Shown: piece by piece, positions 48,475 to 57,807 of the stretch | How positions within the stretch are numbered: the first letter of the stretch is position 1 | Layout of the letters: each line of letters opens with the position of its first letter | Translations under genes and position numbers: made by a program | Notes under the pieces: model-generated | The model's input: only the letters and a program-made list of their open reading frames with translations | What the model was told of the DNA's origin: nothing | The model's database searches: none | DNA from: a virus | Taxonomy: Duplodnaviria > Caudoviricetes | Length of the DNA: 64,000 bases | Virus record (IMG/VR): IMGVR_UViG_3300001580_000011 | Coordinates: 1 to 64,000 of that record | Reading direction: 5' to 3' (one strand)

Positions 48475-48833
48475 AAAAAATTCTCAAAATAAAAAGTATA
48501 TCCGCACCGAGCAAAATATATAAATATATTACATTCCAAATTATAGAACAATCACATCGAGGTTCTAATTTTGGTGACGAATCATCTGATTTCTCGGCTT
48601 CTAACGGTATTGTTTTGGCATCTTCCTTGTTCCCGCAGATAGGATATACAGCATTTTATGTGCGTGGAACAAACCACGATGAAGACGATAAAATATTGAA
48701 AACTACATCTAAAACTTTTGAGAGAATTCAATTTGCCATACAAGAATATAATAATTTCTTTAATGGAAAGAAAATTTCTATCGGACAAGACGATTATATC
48801 AAAAGGATAGGTATCTCATATAACGATATTTAA
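48471..48833 (+). CDS. Hypothetical protein with GQDDYIKRIGI tag; paralogue of 62395-62826
   Basis: F.IIEQSHR, VRG....D, FE.I..A...YN shared. Confidence 0.65.
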   Translation: MKKILKIKSISAPSKIYKYITFQIIEQSHRGSNFGDESSDFSASNGIVLASSLFPQIGYTAFYVRGTNHDEDDKILKTTSKTFERIQFAIQEYNNFFNGKKISIGQDDYIKRIGISYNDI

Positions 48834-48954
48834 GTATGTCATAGTAAGATTTTACTATTGGAAATACCCACGGATATATTTTGGGCCATAATCATCGGCC
48901 GATGGAAAACAGAAAAAACTTTTATAAAAAGTGTATCGAGCATTAGTAGTGGTA

Positions 48955-49131
48955 ATGAAAAAATGTAAACACGTATATCAAATAGAAAAACATGGAAAAT
49001 ATTTTCTCGTAAAATGTATAAAGTGTAGACAAAGATTGTTTTGTGAACATTTTTCAGAAAAATATTTAATATGTGATGATTGTATAAACATTCTTCGTAA
49101 AAACATTTTAAAAGGAAAGTATTATGATTAA
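48955..49131 (+). CDS. Cys-rich zinc-finger protein
   Basis: C.H, C..C, C.H, C..C. Confidence 0.45.
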   Translation: MKKCKHVYQIEKHGKYFLVKCIKCRQRLFCEHFSEKYLICDDCINILRKNILKGKYYD

Positions 49132-49393
49132 TAAAAACAAAGAAATGAGAGCAGGTTGGATACATGAATTTTATATATCGTCAACGGCCACACATCCTTA
49201 CCTCTATTATATTCCGGTAATATTTACGGATACGGTTATTCTTTATACGGAAAACGGGATAAGTGAAATTGGTAAATACAAAATAAGTGAAGTAGAAAAA
49301 TCTTATTATAAAATTATTCCTATAAAAAAATTCGATACAGCTGAACCAAAAATTGGGCAGGATGAATATCTTAAAAGAATGGGCATAAGGTAG
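49124..49393 (+). CDS. Hypothetical protein with GQDEYLKRMGI tag
   Basis: AAGGA RBS. Confidence 0.6.
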   Translation: MINKNKEMRAGWIHEFYISSTATHPYLYYIPVIFTDTVILYTENGISEIGKYKISEVEKSYYKIIPIKKFDTAEPKIGQDEYLKRMGIR

Positions 49394-49467
49394 TATAATT
49401 TTATAAAATATTTTCTACTGTTAACCAAAAGATACATATAACACACCGTTTTTACTCATCTTTTCTT

Positions 49468-49497
49468 GTTTACATATACCTTCAACTATGATATAAT
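49468..49497 (+). promoter_or_regulatory. Early-type promoter
   Basis: GTTTACA-N17-TATAAT with TG. Confidence 0.8.
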
Positions 49498-49520
49498 ATC
49501 TCATATTTGGAGGTTTAATC

Positions 49521-49910
49521 ATGAAGAAAGAACACGCTGAAAAATTATTGAAGGATTTTCCCTATCAGTTTTCGTACTATCACGATCACACAAAACCCAT
49601 GATGCCAATGGTATTTGGATTTGAGTGTGGTGATGGTTGGTATGAGATCATTTACAATCTCACCAAGAAATTATCGGAAGTATCGCCCACTACAAAAGTA
49701 ATGCAAGTCAAAGAGAAGTTTGCTGGCCTACGTTACTATGTCGATTCATGTAATGAAGAAGGTTTCGAATTGATTAATCAAGCAGAAAAATTATCGTATA
49801 AAACCTGTGAAAATTGTGGTTCGATGGAAGATGTAAAAATAAGAGGAAAATACTGGGCACAAACCCGTTGTGAAAAATGTAAAGACGTTTCAGCGAGGGA
49901 TACGAGATGA
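49521..49910 (+). CDS. Conserved-looking phage protein with C-terminal zinc ribbon
   Basis: FECGDGW, QVKEKF.GLRYY, TCENCG; GGAGG RBS. Confidence 0.7.
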   Translation: MKKEHAEKLLKDFPYQFSYYHDHTKPMMPMVFGFECGDGWYEIIYNLTKKLSEVSPTTKVMQVKEKFAGLRYYVDSCNEEGFELINQAEKLSYKTCENCGSMEDVKIRGKYWAQTRCEKCKDVSARDTR

Positions 49911-49946
49911 AAGTAAAATCTTTGATACAAAGAGGTCATTGGGTAT

Positions 49947-50234
49947 ATGATACAAAAACCGAAAAATCAAAAACCATTGAATGGTGAATCATATCTGACA
50001 GCTAAGATTGTGACTTCCAAATATTCTACATTTTGGTATGAAAGGGAAATAGGTGAATTGTATTATATTTGTCCTACAAGACGACAACATCGTCCATATC
50101 GTAATGGAGCTCCCGGTGATTGGTATTATGAGGTAATAGGCCCCTTTGCCAGTAAAAGATTTTTATTGGAACGCGATATTGAAATAGTTGTATTAGATGA
50201 ATATAAAATTCCAGAAGAGTTATTTGAAATATGA
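49947..50234 (+). CDS. Hypothetical protein with IPEELFEI tag
   Basis: WY...IG motif; start uncertain. Confidence 0.55.
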   Translation: MIQKPKNQKPLNGESYLTAKIVTSKYSTFWYEREIGELYYICPTRRQHRPYRNGAPGDWYYEVIGPFASKRFLLERDIEIVVLDEYKIPEELFEI

Positions 50235-50443
50235 AAACAAAAGTGAGATATATTGGTGATAAGGACTGTTGGGGATTTGTACAAAATTTCATTTATGATG
50301 TAACAGATATTGACGAGTTAAGCGGTAATATATTACCATATTGGATTGTTTTGAATAGTGGTATCAGAGCATCTGGTATGGCTTTCATGAAAGAAGATGC
50401 TGTGATCGTATCAATAATTCCAGACGAGTTATTTGAAATATGA
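50231..50443 (+). CDS. Hypothetical protein with IPDELFEI tag
   Basis: ATGA coupling. Confidence 0.6.
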   Translation: MKTKVRYIGDKDCWGFVQNFIYDVTDIDELSGNILPYWIVLNSGIRASGMAFMKEDAVIVSIIPDELFEI

Positions 50444-50658
50444 AGTGTGATAATCGTAACGGACTATTTGGTGGATATAAAGCCTCCATTAATTGTACAA
50501 ATAAAGCGATATGGAAAATAACCATAGATCGAAACGAGGTCAATATAAAACCGATGTATGTGTGTGATTCATGTTCTTTCCATATTTCAAAGACAATAAA
50601 GAAAAGGTTTGAATTACACGGGAGAGAAACAATAATTGAGATGGAGAGAATATTATAA
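50440..50658 (+). CDS. Cys-containing hypothetical protein
   Basis: ATGA coupling. Confidence 0.55.
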   Translation: MKCDNRNGLFGGYKASINCTNKAIWKITIDRNEVNIKPMYVCDSCSFHISKTIKKRFELHGRETIIEMERIL

Positions 50659-50795
50659 AGTGGAAAAATAGTGAAGAATTTGAACATAAGAAAAAAAGAA
50701 TAGCTGAATGGCATAGGGAGCATAGGGAAGTAAAAGAAAGGTAATAGGCCGTATAAAATATTATGGTAATTATTTCACTTATGAATGAATAGAAT

Positions 50796-51053
50796 ATGAA
50801 AAAGATATTTCAAATGAACATAACCGATTCAAACTTGAAAAAAATTGGAAAATACAAATATGATAAATTTGTACAGGATTATAGAAGATGTGGTGGCAGG
50901 TTTTATGTGTTCAATGACCAAATTGGAAACAGTGTAATATATGTGGAAAGATCATATGACCCAAAATTATACTGGATTGTGATGAAGAAAAATGGTATGC
51001 TCATTGACGTGCCTATAGAAGTTACACTGGATGGAGGTCTATTTGAGATATGA
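50796..51053 (+). CDS. Hypothetical protein with LDGGLFEI tag
   Basis: ORF coupled to next. Confidence 0.55.
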   Translation: MKKIFQMNITDSNLKKIGKYKYDKFVQDYRRCGGRFYVFNDQIGNSVIYVERSYDPKLYWIVMKKNGMLIDVPIEVTLDGGLFEI

Positions 51054-51239
51054 AGGTAAGAGCGATAAAAGCCAAATATGATGATGTGTGGTATTATAAT
51101 GATATAGGAAAGATTTTTGAAGTAGAAGAAAAATTATATATGTCAACTTACTATCTATTGAAAAACCGACCTTATGAAACAATCAGAGGCTTCCGTATTT
51201 CAGATGTAAAAGTTACCGGACGAATTATTTGAGATATAG
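51050..51239 (+). pseudogene. Small ORF whose LPDELFEI tag lies in the +1 frame
   Basis: Frame 0 stops at 51232; TTA CCG GAC GAA TTA TTT GAG ATA TAG at 51213-51239. Confidence 0.55.
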
Positions 51240-51251
51240 AAAGAACGAATT

Positions 51252-51590
51252 ATGAAACGAGAATTGTTATTTTCAGTGACAAAGGACGATTTTGATGTTC
51301 AAACGTTCAAAGCTGGTGGTAAGGGCGGGCAACACCAGAACACCACAAATACAGGTGTTCGTATCATTCATAAGGAATCTGGTGCAGTAGGTGAATCCCG
51401 TGAAGAACGGTCACAGGCACAAAACAAGAAAGTTGCCTTCCGTAGATGTATTGAAACAAAGATATTTCAATTATGGTTGAGACTCAAATCATCTGCCCGT
51501 ATGAAAGGAATATATGATATTGAGAAACATCTTGACAAGATGATGGAAGAAAAGAATATCAAAGTAGAAACCTATACACCAAAGGAGTAA
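51252..51590 (+). CDS. Stand-alone GGQ peptidyl-tRNA hydrolase domain (ArfB/PrfH-like)
   Basis: GGKGGQHQN.T.TGVRI.H..SG......EERSQ.QNK. Confidence 0.88.
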   Translation: MKRELLFSVTKDDFDVQTFKAGGKGGQHQNTTNTGVRIIHKESGAVGESREERSQAQNKKVAFRRCIETKIFQLWLRLKSSARMKGIYDIEKHLDKMMEEKNIKVETYTPKE

Positions 51591-51594
51591 TAAA

Positions 51595-51807
51595 ATGTCT
51601 AAATCACCTGAAATGGAAAAAATTTTAAACGATATATCGAAACGCATGTATGGGAGAGAAAGGAACTCTAATATGTGTGTAGTTTGTGGTTCCGATAAGG
51701 TAAAACCAACCGATTTCAAGGATAATCTGTCTCGAAAGGAATATACCATTTCCTATATGTGCCAGAAATGTCAGGATAAAGTGTTTTTCGACAATGGAGA
51801 ACAATAA
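51595..51807 (+). CDS. Zinc-binding hypothetical protein
   Basis: CVVC...F.D.LS.KEY.IS.MCQ.CQD; AAGGAG RBS. Confidence 0.65.
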   Translation: MSKSPEMEKILNDISKRMYGRERNSNMCVVCGSDKVKPTDFKDNLSRKEYTISYMCQKCQDKVFFDNGEQ

Positions 51808-51909
51808 AACAGTTATATTATTTGGTAAAATAAAATCAAAAGTGCAAGTAGGCCGATACTGACATATGAGGGCTGTAACGTTATACAGGATAAACAAGCT
51901 AAGTATATC

Positions 51910-52074
51910 ATGAGCCTTATTTGCAAAGACTCCAAGGCCGAGAACAAGCTGGAAAAGATAATGGAAAAAGTGGACGAAGTTATATTAAACCGCCAAGAAA
52001 ACGAAGAACATCCTTATCTAGGAGATGTTTTCGACGAACTCAGGCAAATTACCTTCACGGAGAGAAAGAGATGA
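51910..52074 (+). CDS. Small hypothetical protein (54 aa)
   Basis: Translated by eye; ATGA coupling to next. Confidence 0.4.
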   Translation: MSLICKDSKAENKLEKIMEKVDEVILNRQENEEHPYLGDVFDELRQITFTERKR

Positions 52075-52502
52075 AACTGGAAACAGCGCAGAAGTTACAA
52101 TGGCCGTGGCCTACAGAATGGGTTTACCTTGTAAAAAAAACCGGGCACATAGAGTCTCGCCACAAAAAAGAGTCCTGGGGTAAGTATTACGATCTACAAA
52201 AAGTAATACAAAACCCCTCTGTCGAGGAGATGCTGGAGAGGATGCCGAACTTTATCTGTAAAAATGCCAGCGATCCGGTTCTTTATAAAGCGATTATCTG
52301 GTCGGATAGAGACTTTAGTGTTGGATACCGTGGCGGCAAGGGGGAGGGGTTTATGCTTAATTTTCCCGATAACCTCGCCGAAGCCCTCGCCCTTCTCTGC
52401 ATCTGGCTTCGGGACAATAAACTAATGGATTGGAAGCGAGAAGAGGTGGGAAATGAAGAACACGTTAAGGCATCTAAAAAAATTGGATGGAACAACTCAT
52501 GA
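52071..52502 (+). CDS. Hypothetical protein
   Basis: Likely start MKLETAQKL at 52071. Confidence 0.6.
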   Translation: MKLETAQKLQWPWPTEWVYLVKKTGHIESRHKKESWGKYYDLQKVIQNPSVEEMLERMPNFICKNASDPVLYKAIIWSDRDFSVGYRGGKGEGFMLNFPDNLAEALALLCIWLRDNKLMDWKREEVGNEEHVKASKKIGWNNS

Positions 52503-52693
52503 AAAAATGTCTAGAATGTGGTAACTGGAGTGTTAAAGTATTAAGTAGTCAAGAAGAGCAATGCTTGGCCTATGGTTGCTCATACAAAGTAATATATTCA
52601 ACAGACCGAGAAAGAATATTGGAATTAGAAAAACAAGTCAAATATTTAAACACTATCATAGTGGAGTGGTCAAGGGAAAGAGGGGAGTTATGA
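52487..52693 (+). CDS. Zinc-ribbon/coiled-coil protein
   Basis: CLEC...C...C. Confidence 0.5.
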   Translation: MEQLMKKCLECGNWSVKVLSSQEEQCLAYGCSYKVIYSTDRERILELEKQVKYLNTIIVEWSRERGEL

Positions 52694-53058
52694 ACATAGA
52701 CCGATTTATCGCTGAGAATGTTATGCACGTTTGCTGGCATAAGGCCGATGAAACTTCGTGGTACGGAGAACGGTGTTCTTTATGTGGATTAAACACAATG
52801 GATGATGATAATAAATTGTTTTCTTTAGTTGAAACACTTCATCCCAATTATTCAACCGGAAAACATAAAACCGACTTGATGAACTTCTGCGTAGAACAGG
52901 AATGGTGGCTGAAATTTTGGGATTGGGCTTATTTCGATAATTATCTACCAACAGGAGAATATAGAAAATCGTCAGGACCGCTTCATGCTGTATTCACCGC
53001 CTATCTCTGGCGCAGCCTACGTGAACTGGTGGCGGTTTATCATGGGTATAAAGAATGA
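52690..53058 (+). CDS. Hypothetical protein
   Basis: GGGGAG RBS before ATG 52690. Confidence 0.6.
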   Translation: MNIDRFIAENVMHVCWHKADETSWYGERCSLCGLNTMDDDNKLFSLVETLHPNYSTGKHKTDLMNFCVEQEWWLKFWDWAYFDNYLPTGEYRKSSGPLHAVFTAYLWRSLRELVAVYHGYKE

Positions 53059-53059
53059 T

Positions 53060-53284
53060 ATGAAAACATTTGCAACGGGCGAAATTGTAAGATGGGGTGA
53101 TTCATTATGGATAGTATCGGAATCGAGAAAAGATAAACTGGTATTACTTAGCATGAATCGTGCTAATTGCTCTGCCTATATATCGGAAAATTGGCCAATA
53201 AAGAAATCGGACAGACAAGTGAAATGGGTAGCTAATAGTGTATATGATTTTATCACTCGCACACTAAAAAATGTAGGAAAATAA
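53060..53284 (+). CDS. Hypothetical protein (SH3-like)
   Basis: F..GEIVRW pattern. Confidence 0.5.
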   Translation: MKTFATGEIVRWGDSLWIVSESRKDKLVLLSMNRANCSAYISENWPIKKSDRQVKWVANSVYDFITRTLKNVGK

Positions 53285-53293
53285 TTTTATAAA

Positions 53294-53656
53294 ATGGATG
53301 TATTTGATTTTATATTAATATGCCTTCCGATTGCTGCTTTTGTTTGTACTAATGTTTTTTATTTTGTTAGAACATTAAACAGAATAAAAGAAGATATAAA
53401 GAGGATAGAACAAGAGCAAGCTAGAAGGGCAGAAGAAGCTCGAAGAATATTGTCTGCAGCTAGGGTGGAAAGACAAAAATTAATATCATATATGAACTTG
53501 GTTGGAATTACCCACCCATTTACTAAAGAAGAAATTTCAAAGAAAAGGAGGGTCCTTAGTTTAAAATATCATCCAGATCGTAATAACGGAAAAGACGATA
53601 AAATGAAAAGAGTAAACGAAGCGTGTGATTATTTAGAAAAAATGTCACAAGGATAA
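53294..53656 (+). CDS. Membrane-anchored DnaJ-domain protein
   Basis: N-terminal TM; KYHPDRN...MK.VNEA. Confidence 0.85.
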   Translation: MDVFDFILICLPIAAFVCTNVFYFVRTLNRIKEDIKRIEQEQARRAEEARRILSAARVERQKLISYMNLVGITHPFTKEEISKKRRVLSLKYHPDRNNGKDDKMKRVNEACDYLEKMSQG

Positions 53657-53712
53657 GGAAAAAGATTTACTTGAAGCTAGGGAAATGGAACACGTAAGAG
53701 AAAGTAACCATC

Positions 53713-53826
53713 GAATAATACTCTTATAGGGGATAGTTTTATAATGGATTTACAAAAAGTCATCATCACTAGCCAAAGACCTTGTATACATTTATGTGAA
53801 TAGGTGATATAACAGAAAGAAAATCA
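53713..53826 (+). repeat. Promoter cassette copy A
   Basis: GAATAATACTCTTATAGGGGATAGTTTTATAA and promoter-like sequence repeated at 54956-55047. Confidence 0.75.
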
Positions 53827-53841
53827 GTAGGAGATTAGAGG

Positions 53842-54066
53842 ATGAAGAAGTTATTTTGTATATTATTGGTTGTTTTACTTACTGGTTGTGGTATTCCATT
53901 CACCAAGATAGATATGTCATTATATCAAAATGATTACCTTGAGTGTGAATGGGAAGCCGATAGGGTGGCCGGATATTATAAAGGTGGCCCTCACGCTGAA
54001 CAACTTATAAAATGTATGGAAAAAAGAGGATATAATACACATAGGGAGTATGTTGAAATGTTATGA
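53842..54066 (+). CDS. Lipoprotein; paralogue of 54364-54630
   Basis: LTGC lipobox; FTK.DMS, EC, CME.RGY. Confidence 0.75.
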   Translation: MKKLFCILLVVLLTGCGIPFTKIDMSLYQNDYLECEWEADRVAGYYKGGPHAEQLIKCMEKRGYNTHREYVEML

Positions 54067-54364
54067 AAACATTTATAACAGCAATCATAATGGTATTGGC
54101 ATCAACCAGTTTTGCTTTAGCGGACACAGGAAGAATATATGATGATCGGGGGTTGGAACAAAGACAGAAGAGGGTAGGTATTATTCACCCGATGGGAAGT
54201 ATCAAGGGAAAGAGGTAGATGGCCGATATTACTCAAATGACGGCAAATATGTAGGTAAACAAGATGGTGATAGATACTACTCAAGTGATGGTTCATATAG
54301 AGGTAAAGAAGTGAATGGCCGTCTGTATAATACAACTGGGAAATATAAAGGGAGTAAGAGATAA
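54063..54364 (+). pseudogene. Frameshifted exported repeat protein (GRYYSxDGxYxGK repeats)
   Basis: Signal peptide in frame 0; repeats continue in another frame after G5 run 54148-54152. Confidence 0.65.
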
Positions 54365-54630
54365 TGAAGAAGTTACTTGGTCTATTGATAATGTGTTTTA
54401 TGCTAACTGGATGTGCAACACATTTTACAAAGAATGATATGTCAAGAATAAATGATGATAAAACCGAATGTCTGAGTCTTGGTTCACAAGCAGGATTATC
54501 TGCTGATACTTTTATAGTTTATATTGATTGTATGGAAACCAGAGGATATGTAACTGACCCCGAATATAAGAAAGGATTTGTTGATGCTTACCAGAAGAAA
54601 GAAGCTTCATTGAAAAAGTATAAACAATAA
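54364..54630 (+). CDS. Lipoprotein
   Basis: LTGC lipobox; paralogue of 53842. Confidence 0.75.
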   Translation: MKKLLGLLIMCFMLTGCATHFTKNDMSRINDDKTECLSLGSQAGLSADTFIVYIDCMETRGYVTDPEYKKGFVDAYQKKEASLKKYKQ

Positions 54631-54673
54631 ACACTATCTTCATATTTTATATCTCCTTAGCAATAATAACATA

Positions 54674-54761
54674 ACTAGCCAAAAACCATAATACAAAAAA
54701 TAATAACATAATTACAAAAAGTCATCATTACAAAAAGTCATCATTACTAGCCAAAAACCAT
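54674..54761 (+). repeat. Short direct repeats
   Basis: ACTAGCCAAAAACCATA x2, ATTACAAAAAGTCATC x2; related copy near 53750-53777. Confidence 0.75.
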
Positions 54762-54796
54762 ATTATATAGGGTAAATCTAATAAGGAGGGATAACA

Positions 54797-54937
54797 ATGG
54801 AAGATTTGCAAAAAAGTCTCGTTACCAAAATTGGTGAGCAATTGAAGTCTGATAAACCAAACATACAATTGCTTGACGTATTGAACCGATTGTTGGGAAC
54901 AGTCAATAACTATCTTGTTGCTATAAGAGGTTACTGA
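54797..54937 (+). CDS. Small hypothetical protein (46 aa)
   Basis: TAAGGAGG RBS. Confidence 0.55.
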   Translation: MEDLQKSLVTKIGEQLKSDKPNIQLLDVLNRLLGTVNNYLVAIRGY

Positions 54938-55005
54938 TAGTAATATCCCCTATAGGAATAATACTCTTATAGGGGATAGTTTTATAAAATCAATAACATA
55001 TTCTT

Positions 55006-55035
55006 GTTTACATTTATATGAATAGGTGGTATAAT
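55006..55035 (+). promoter_or_regulatory. Early-type promoter (cassette copy B)
   Basis: GTTTACA-N17-TATAAT with TG. Confidence 0.8.
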
Positions 55036-55063
55036 AGAAAGAAAAGTAGTAGAAGAGTGTAAA

Positions 55064-55336
55064 ATGGATTTTGAGACAAATTTGAGGTATGAACAGGAAA
55101 AAAAGTCAGAAGTGTTGGGGGCATTACTTTCATTTATTTTGCCCGGTATAGGTAGTATGTATGCTGGGAAGGTAGGTAAAGGAATTATGTTCCTTTTCGG
55201 CGCGATCATTGGTTATATATTATTTGTCATCCCCGGCTTGATCGTTCACCTGTTTTCTATCATATCAGGATATAATGATGTAAAGATTTCAAATACCCTT
55301 TTGGGATTGGAATATCTCAAAAGAGAGAAAGAGTAA
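55064..55336 (+). CDS. TM2-domain membrane protein
   Basis: KKS...ALLS.ILPG.G.MY.G..GKG. Confidence 0.75.
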   Translation: MDFETNLRYEQEKKSEVLGALLSFILPGIGSMYAGKVGKGIMFLFGAIIGYILFVIPGLIVHLFSIISGYNDVKISNTLLGLEYLKREKE

Positions 55337-55340
55337 GATT

Positions 55341-55697
55341 ATGAAAAAGATATTGTGTATAATAATTGGATTGGTTATGGTATTGTTTACTAATAATGTC
55401 TTTGCTCAATGGGGAACACCTGTTTTAAGGGAAAGAGATTTAATGATTATTGGTAATGAGGATATGGTTGATTCGCTATGTCCAGCACAACAAAGTATAA
55501 ACAAGTGTTGGCAGAAAGTAATGACAATAAAAAGTGAACCTACCTATAGTAAAGATAGGAAACTTCAAATGAATGCTTATAATTGGAGTGAAGAATGTAA
55601 GGTGATTGAGAAGAATTATAAAACTTGTGAAAGGGTATTAAAGAAGATTCGTGCACAAGATTTAAAGGATTGTAAGAAGGCCGGGTATTGTAAGTAA
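55341..55697 (+). CDS. Exported Cys-rich protein
   Basis: Signal peptide ending VFA. Confidence 0.65.
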   Translation: MKKILCIIIGLVMVLFTNNVFAQWGTPVLRERDLMIIGNEDMVDSLCPAQQSINKCWQKVMTIKSEPTYSKDRKLQMNAYNWSEECKVIEKNYKTCERVLKKIRAQDLKDCKKAGYCK

Positions 55698-55950
55698 GGG
55701 TATAACGATATAAAAAGTAGCAACCAATCTATCACTACACAAAAACCCTATCATTTAATCCCCGACTGAACATATAGCATCTCAGCCCATTCTTATTCGA
55801 TAATTCATATTACATCATTGTGTAAAGTGTCACCTTGGCACCCCTTTCATATCAATACTCTGCAGACTACTCCCGGTTTTATACTTTTTACACTGAAAAC
55901 ACTATACATCACCCCTTCTACAGTAACCAAAATATAAAATATTATATCAC

Positions 55951-55991
55951 TGTCGGTATTCTTTACACATTAGTGTCGGTATTCTTTACAC
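55951..55991 (+). repeat. 18-bp direct repeat
   Basis: TGTCGGTATTCTTTACAC x2, 23-bp period. Confidence 0.85.
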
Positions 55992-56040
55992 TCGATTAAT
56001 TATTCTTGTAAGTTATTGATATTATGTAGAAAAATTAATT

Positions 56041-56070
56041 GTTTACATTTATGTACATAGGTGGTATAAT
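56041..56070 (+). promoter_or_regulatory. Early-type promoter
   Basis: GTTTACA-N17-TATAAT with TG; IHF-like site at 56009-56021. Confidence 0.8.
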
Positions 56071-56098
56071 AGTATTATAAACAATTGGAGATTAACAG

Positions 56099-56296
56099 AT
56101 GAAAGATAAAAGGGAACGTAGGAAAGAGCTTTTTAAGATATCGGTTAAACCGGATACCTCGTCTGATTATCCCGATGAAATGGAGATTGCTTATACTAAG
56201 AACGGTTTCCAGAAAACTATTTTTAGTTTGTTGCCCGAGGAAATGGAACAATTTATTTTGGTTTTTCAGGACACTCTGAAAAAAATACAGAGATAA
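56099..56296 (+). CDS. Hypothetical protein
   Basis: GGAG RBS. Confidence 0.6.
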   Translation: MKDKRERRKELFKISVKPDTSSDYPDEMEIAYTKNGFQKTIFSLLPEEMEQFILVFQDTLKKIQR

Positions 56297-56304
56297 GAGG
56301 AAAT

Positions 56305-56526
56305 ATGGCCAGAGGACGTAAAATAGATGTTAACAGTGTTCGCCATCGGAAGTTTTGCAAGAGGCTTGAAAACGTTGACAGGTATATGAATGCTGTCACG
56401 CGTGGTATTGAACGTGGAAACAAGATGTATACAAATTCCTATGATGTAGCCCTGGCTGTTATAACGGAGCTTCGGATTGACGGATTCCAGATTATTCCCC
56501 ACCCTACCAGGAAAGGTGACAAGTAA
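56305..56526 (+). CDS. Hypothetical protein
   Basis: GAGG RBS. Confidence 0.6.
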   Translation: MARGRKIDVNSVRHRKFCKRLENVDRYMNAVTRGIERGNKMYTNSYDVALAVITELRIDGFQIIPHPTRKGDK

Positions 56527-56912
56527 TGCCTAAGATGAAAGTGTATAACGATAAAAACATCATTCGTTTAAAGGGTTTTGGTGAAACTAAATCCTGGGTT
56601 CGTAAGAACATCAAAAACAAGGGTGGCGTTGTAGACCCCGATACTTATGAATGGGTTATGCCTAATAAGGATCGTTATGTCGTGTATGCTGTGGGTGTTC
56701 GTTTAATTCCTGCCAGTGAAGTGGCTAAACGTAAGAAAGTTAAACCTGTAAACTATGCCACCACTGATGATTTGGGTGATGTGAAAACCCCGGTGGAAAA
56801 GAAGGTTCGTGTTAAACGGGCTGTGAAAGACCCTGTTGTCAAGGTGTTAAAGCTTCGTATTGTTCGTAAACCCACTAACGGTAGCAAGATTATCAATTTG
56901 AGGATTAGGTAA
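56526..56912 (+). CDS. Basic hypothetical protein
   Basis: TAATG coupling, K/R/V-rich. Confidence 0.6.
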   Translation: MPKMKVYNDKNIIRLKGFGETKSWVRKNIKNKGGVVDPDTYEWVMPNKDRYVVYAVGVRLIPASEVAKRKKVKPVNYATTDDLGDVKTPVEKKVRVKRAVKDPVVKVLKLRIVRKPTNGSKIINLRIR

Positions 56913-57191
56913 TATGGTTGTATACATTACTAAGCAATGGGAACCTTGTGAGTGTAAGGCTGCTTGTGATTATACTATTGATCTGGTATTCATGAAGGAA
57001 GCGGATGCTGAGAAGCGTGCCGAGGAACTGTATCAAGGTTTTTATACTGTGGAACAGGTGATTGAATAATGGAAATCTTACACTTCTGGTATGATTGTAT
57101 GAAGGAAAAAGAAGGCCAATGGATGTTTATTGGCGGTGTAGTGTTCATGATCTGTATTTTAATCATTATTGCCTTATAGGAGAATGTAACA

Positions 57192-57419
57192 ATGGCTATG
57201 ACCCGCAAAGACTATAACCGTATTGCCTATTACCTTGCCATGCAGGAACCTGAGTTGTTATCGGATAATAATGACATTAGCCAGGTTCGTATGCAGCATG
57301 AGGTATGTTGTTCAGCTGTTGCCCAGGCGTTAGTGGGGACAAATCCCCGGTTTCGTAAGGAATATTTTTTGGAAGCGTGTAAATTCAGTTATTGGGAAAA
57401 CAGGAAACTTCCCCGATAG
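57192..57419 (+). CDS. Conserved-looking phage protein
   Basis: MTRKDY..IA...NPRF....FLEAC; AGGAG RBS. Confidence 0.7.
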   Translation: MAMTRKDYNRIAYYLAMQEPELLSDNNDISQVRMQHEVCCSAVAQALVGTNPRFRKEYFLEACKFSYWENRKLPR

Positions 57420-57428
57420 AGGAGCATT

Positions 57429-57629
57429 ATGATTTTTCAATTGGAAAGAACATTACGGAATGGCGCTACGGTTATTGCCTTTATGGGCGATATTGTCCTG
57501 GCACGATGGAACAAGGGAACCCATATGGAATATGTGACCTGGAGAATTGATAAGAACGCAGATGCCTATTGTGGCCATTACTTTAAGGATTTGGATGAAG
57601 CTAAAGCGGATTTCAAAGAACGTATCTAA
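57429..57629 (+). CDS. Hypothetical protein
   Basis: EYVTW...GHYF..L.EA..DF.ER; GAGGAG RBS. Confidence 0.65.
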   Translation: MIFQLERTLRNGATVIAFMGDIVLARWNKGTHMEYVTWRIDKNADAYCGHYFKDLDEAKADFKERI

Positions 57630-57807
57630 TGAGCTGTAATTGTGGAAAGTGCAAGAAGATTAAAACCCTTACAGGCACTAGCGCTAAAGTTGTCAGTGAC
57701 CGGATGCAATCTGTATCGCTGATATGTATGGATTAAAGATGGGTGATTTCGATTTTCATTCATGTTTGAATCATGGCCGTATTGAATAGTATGAGGGGGA
57801 ACAAATA

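Noticed and set aside
55298-55336. GLEYLKREKE as a member of the DxYLKRxG tag family
   Set aside because: Lacks the leading Asp and the terminal hydrophobic-Gly; likely chance
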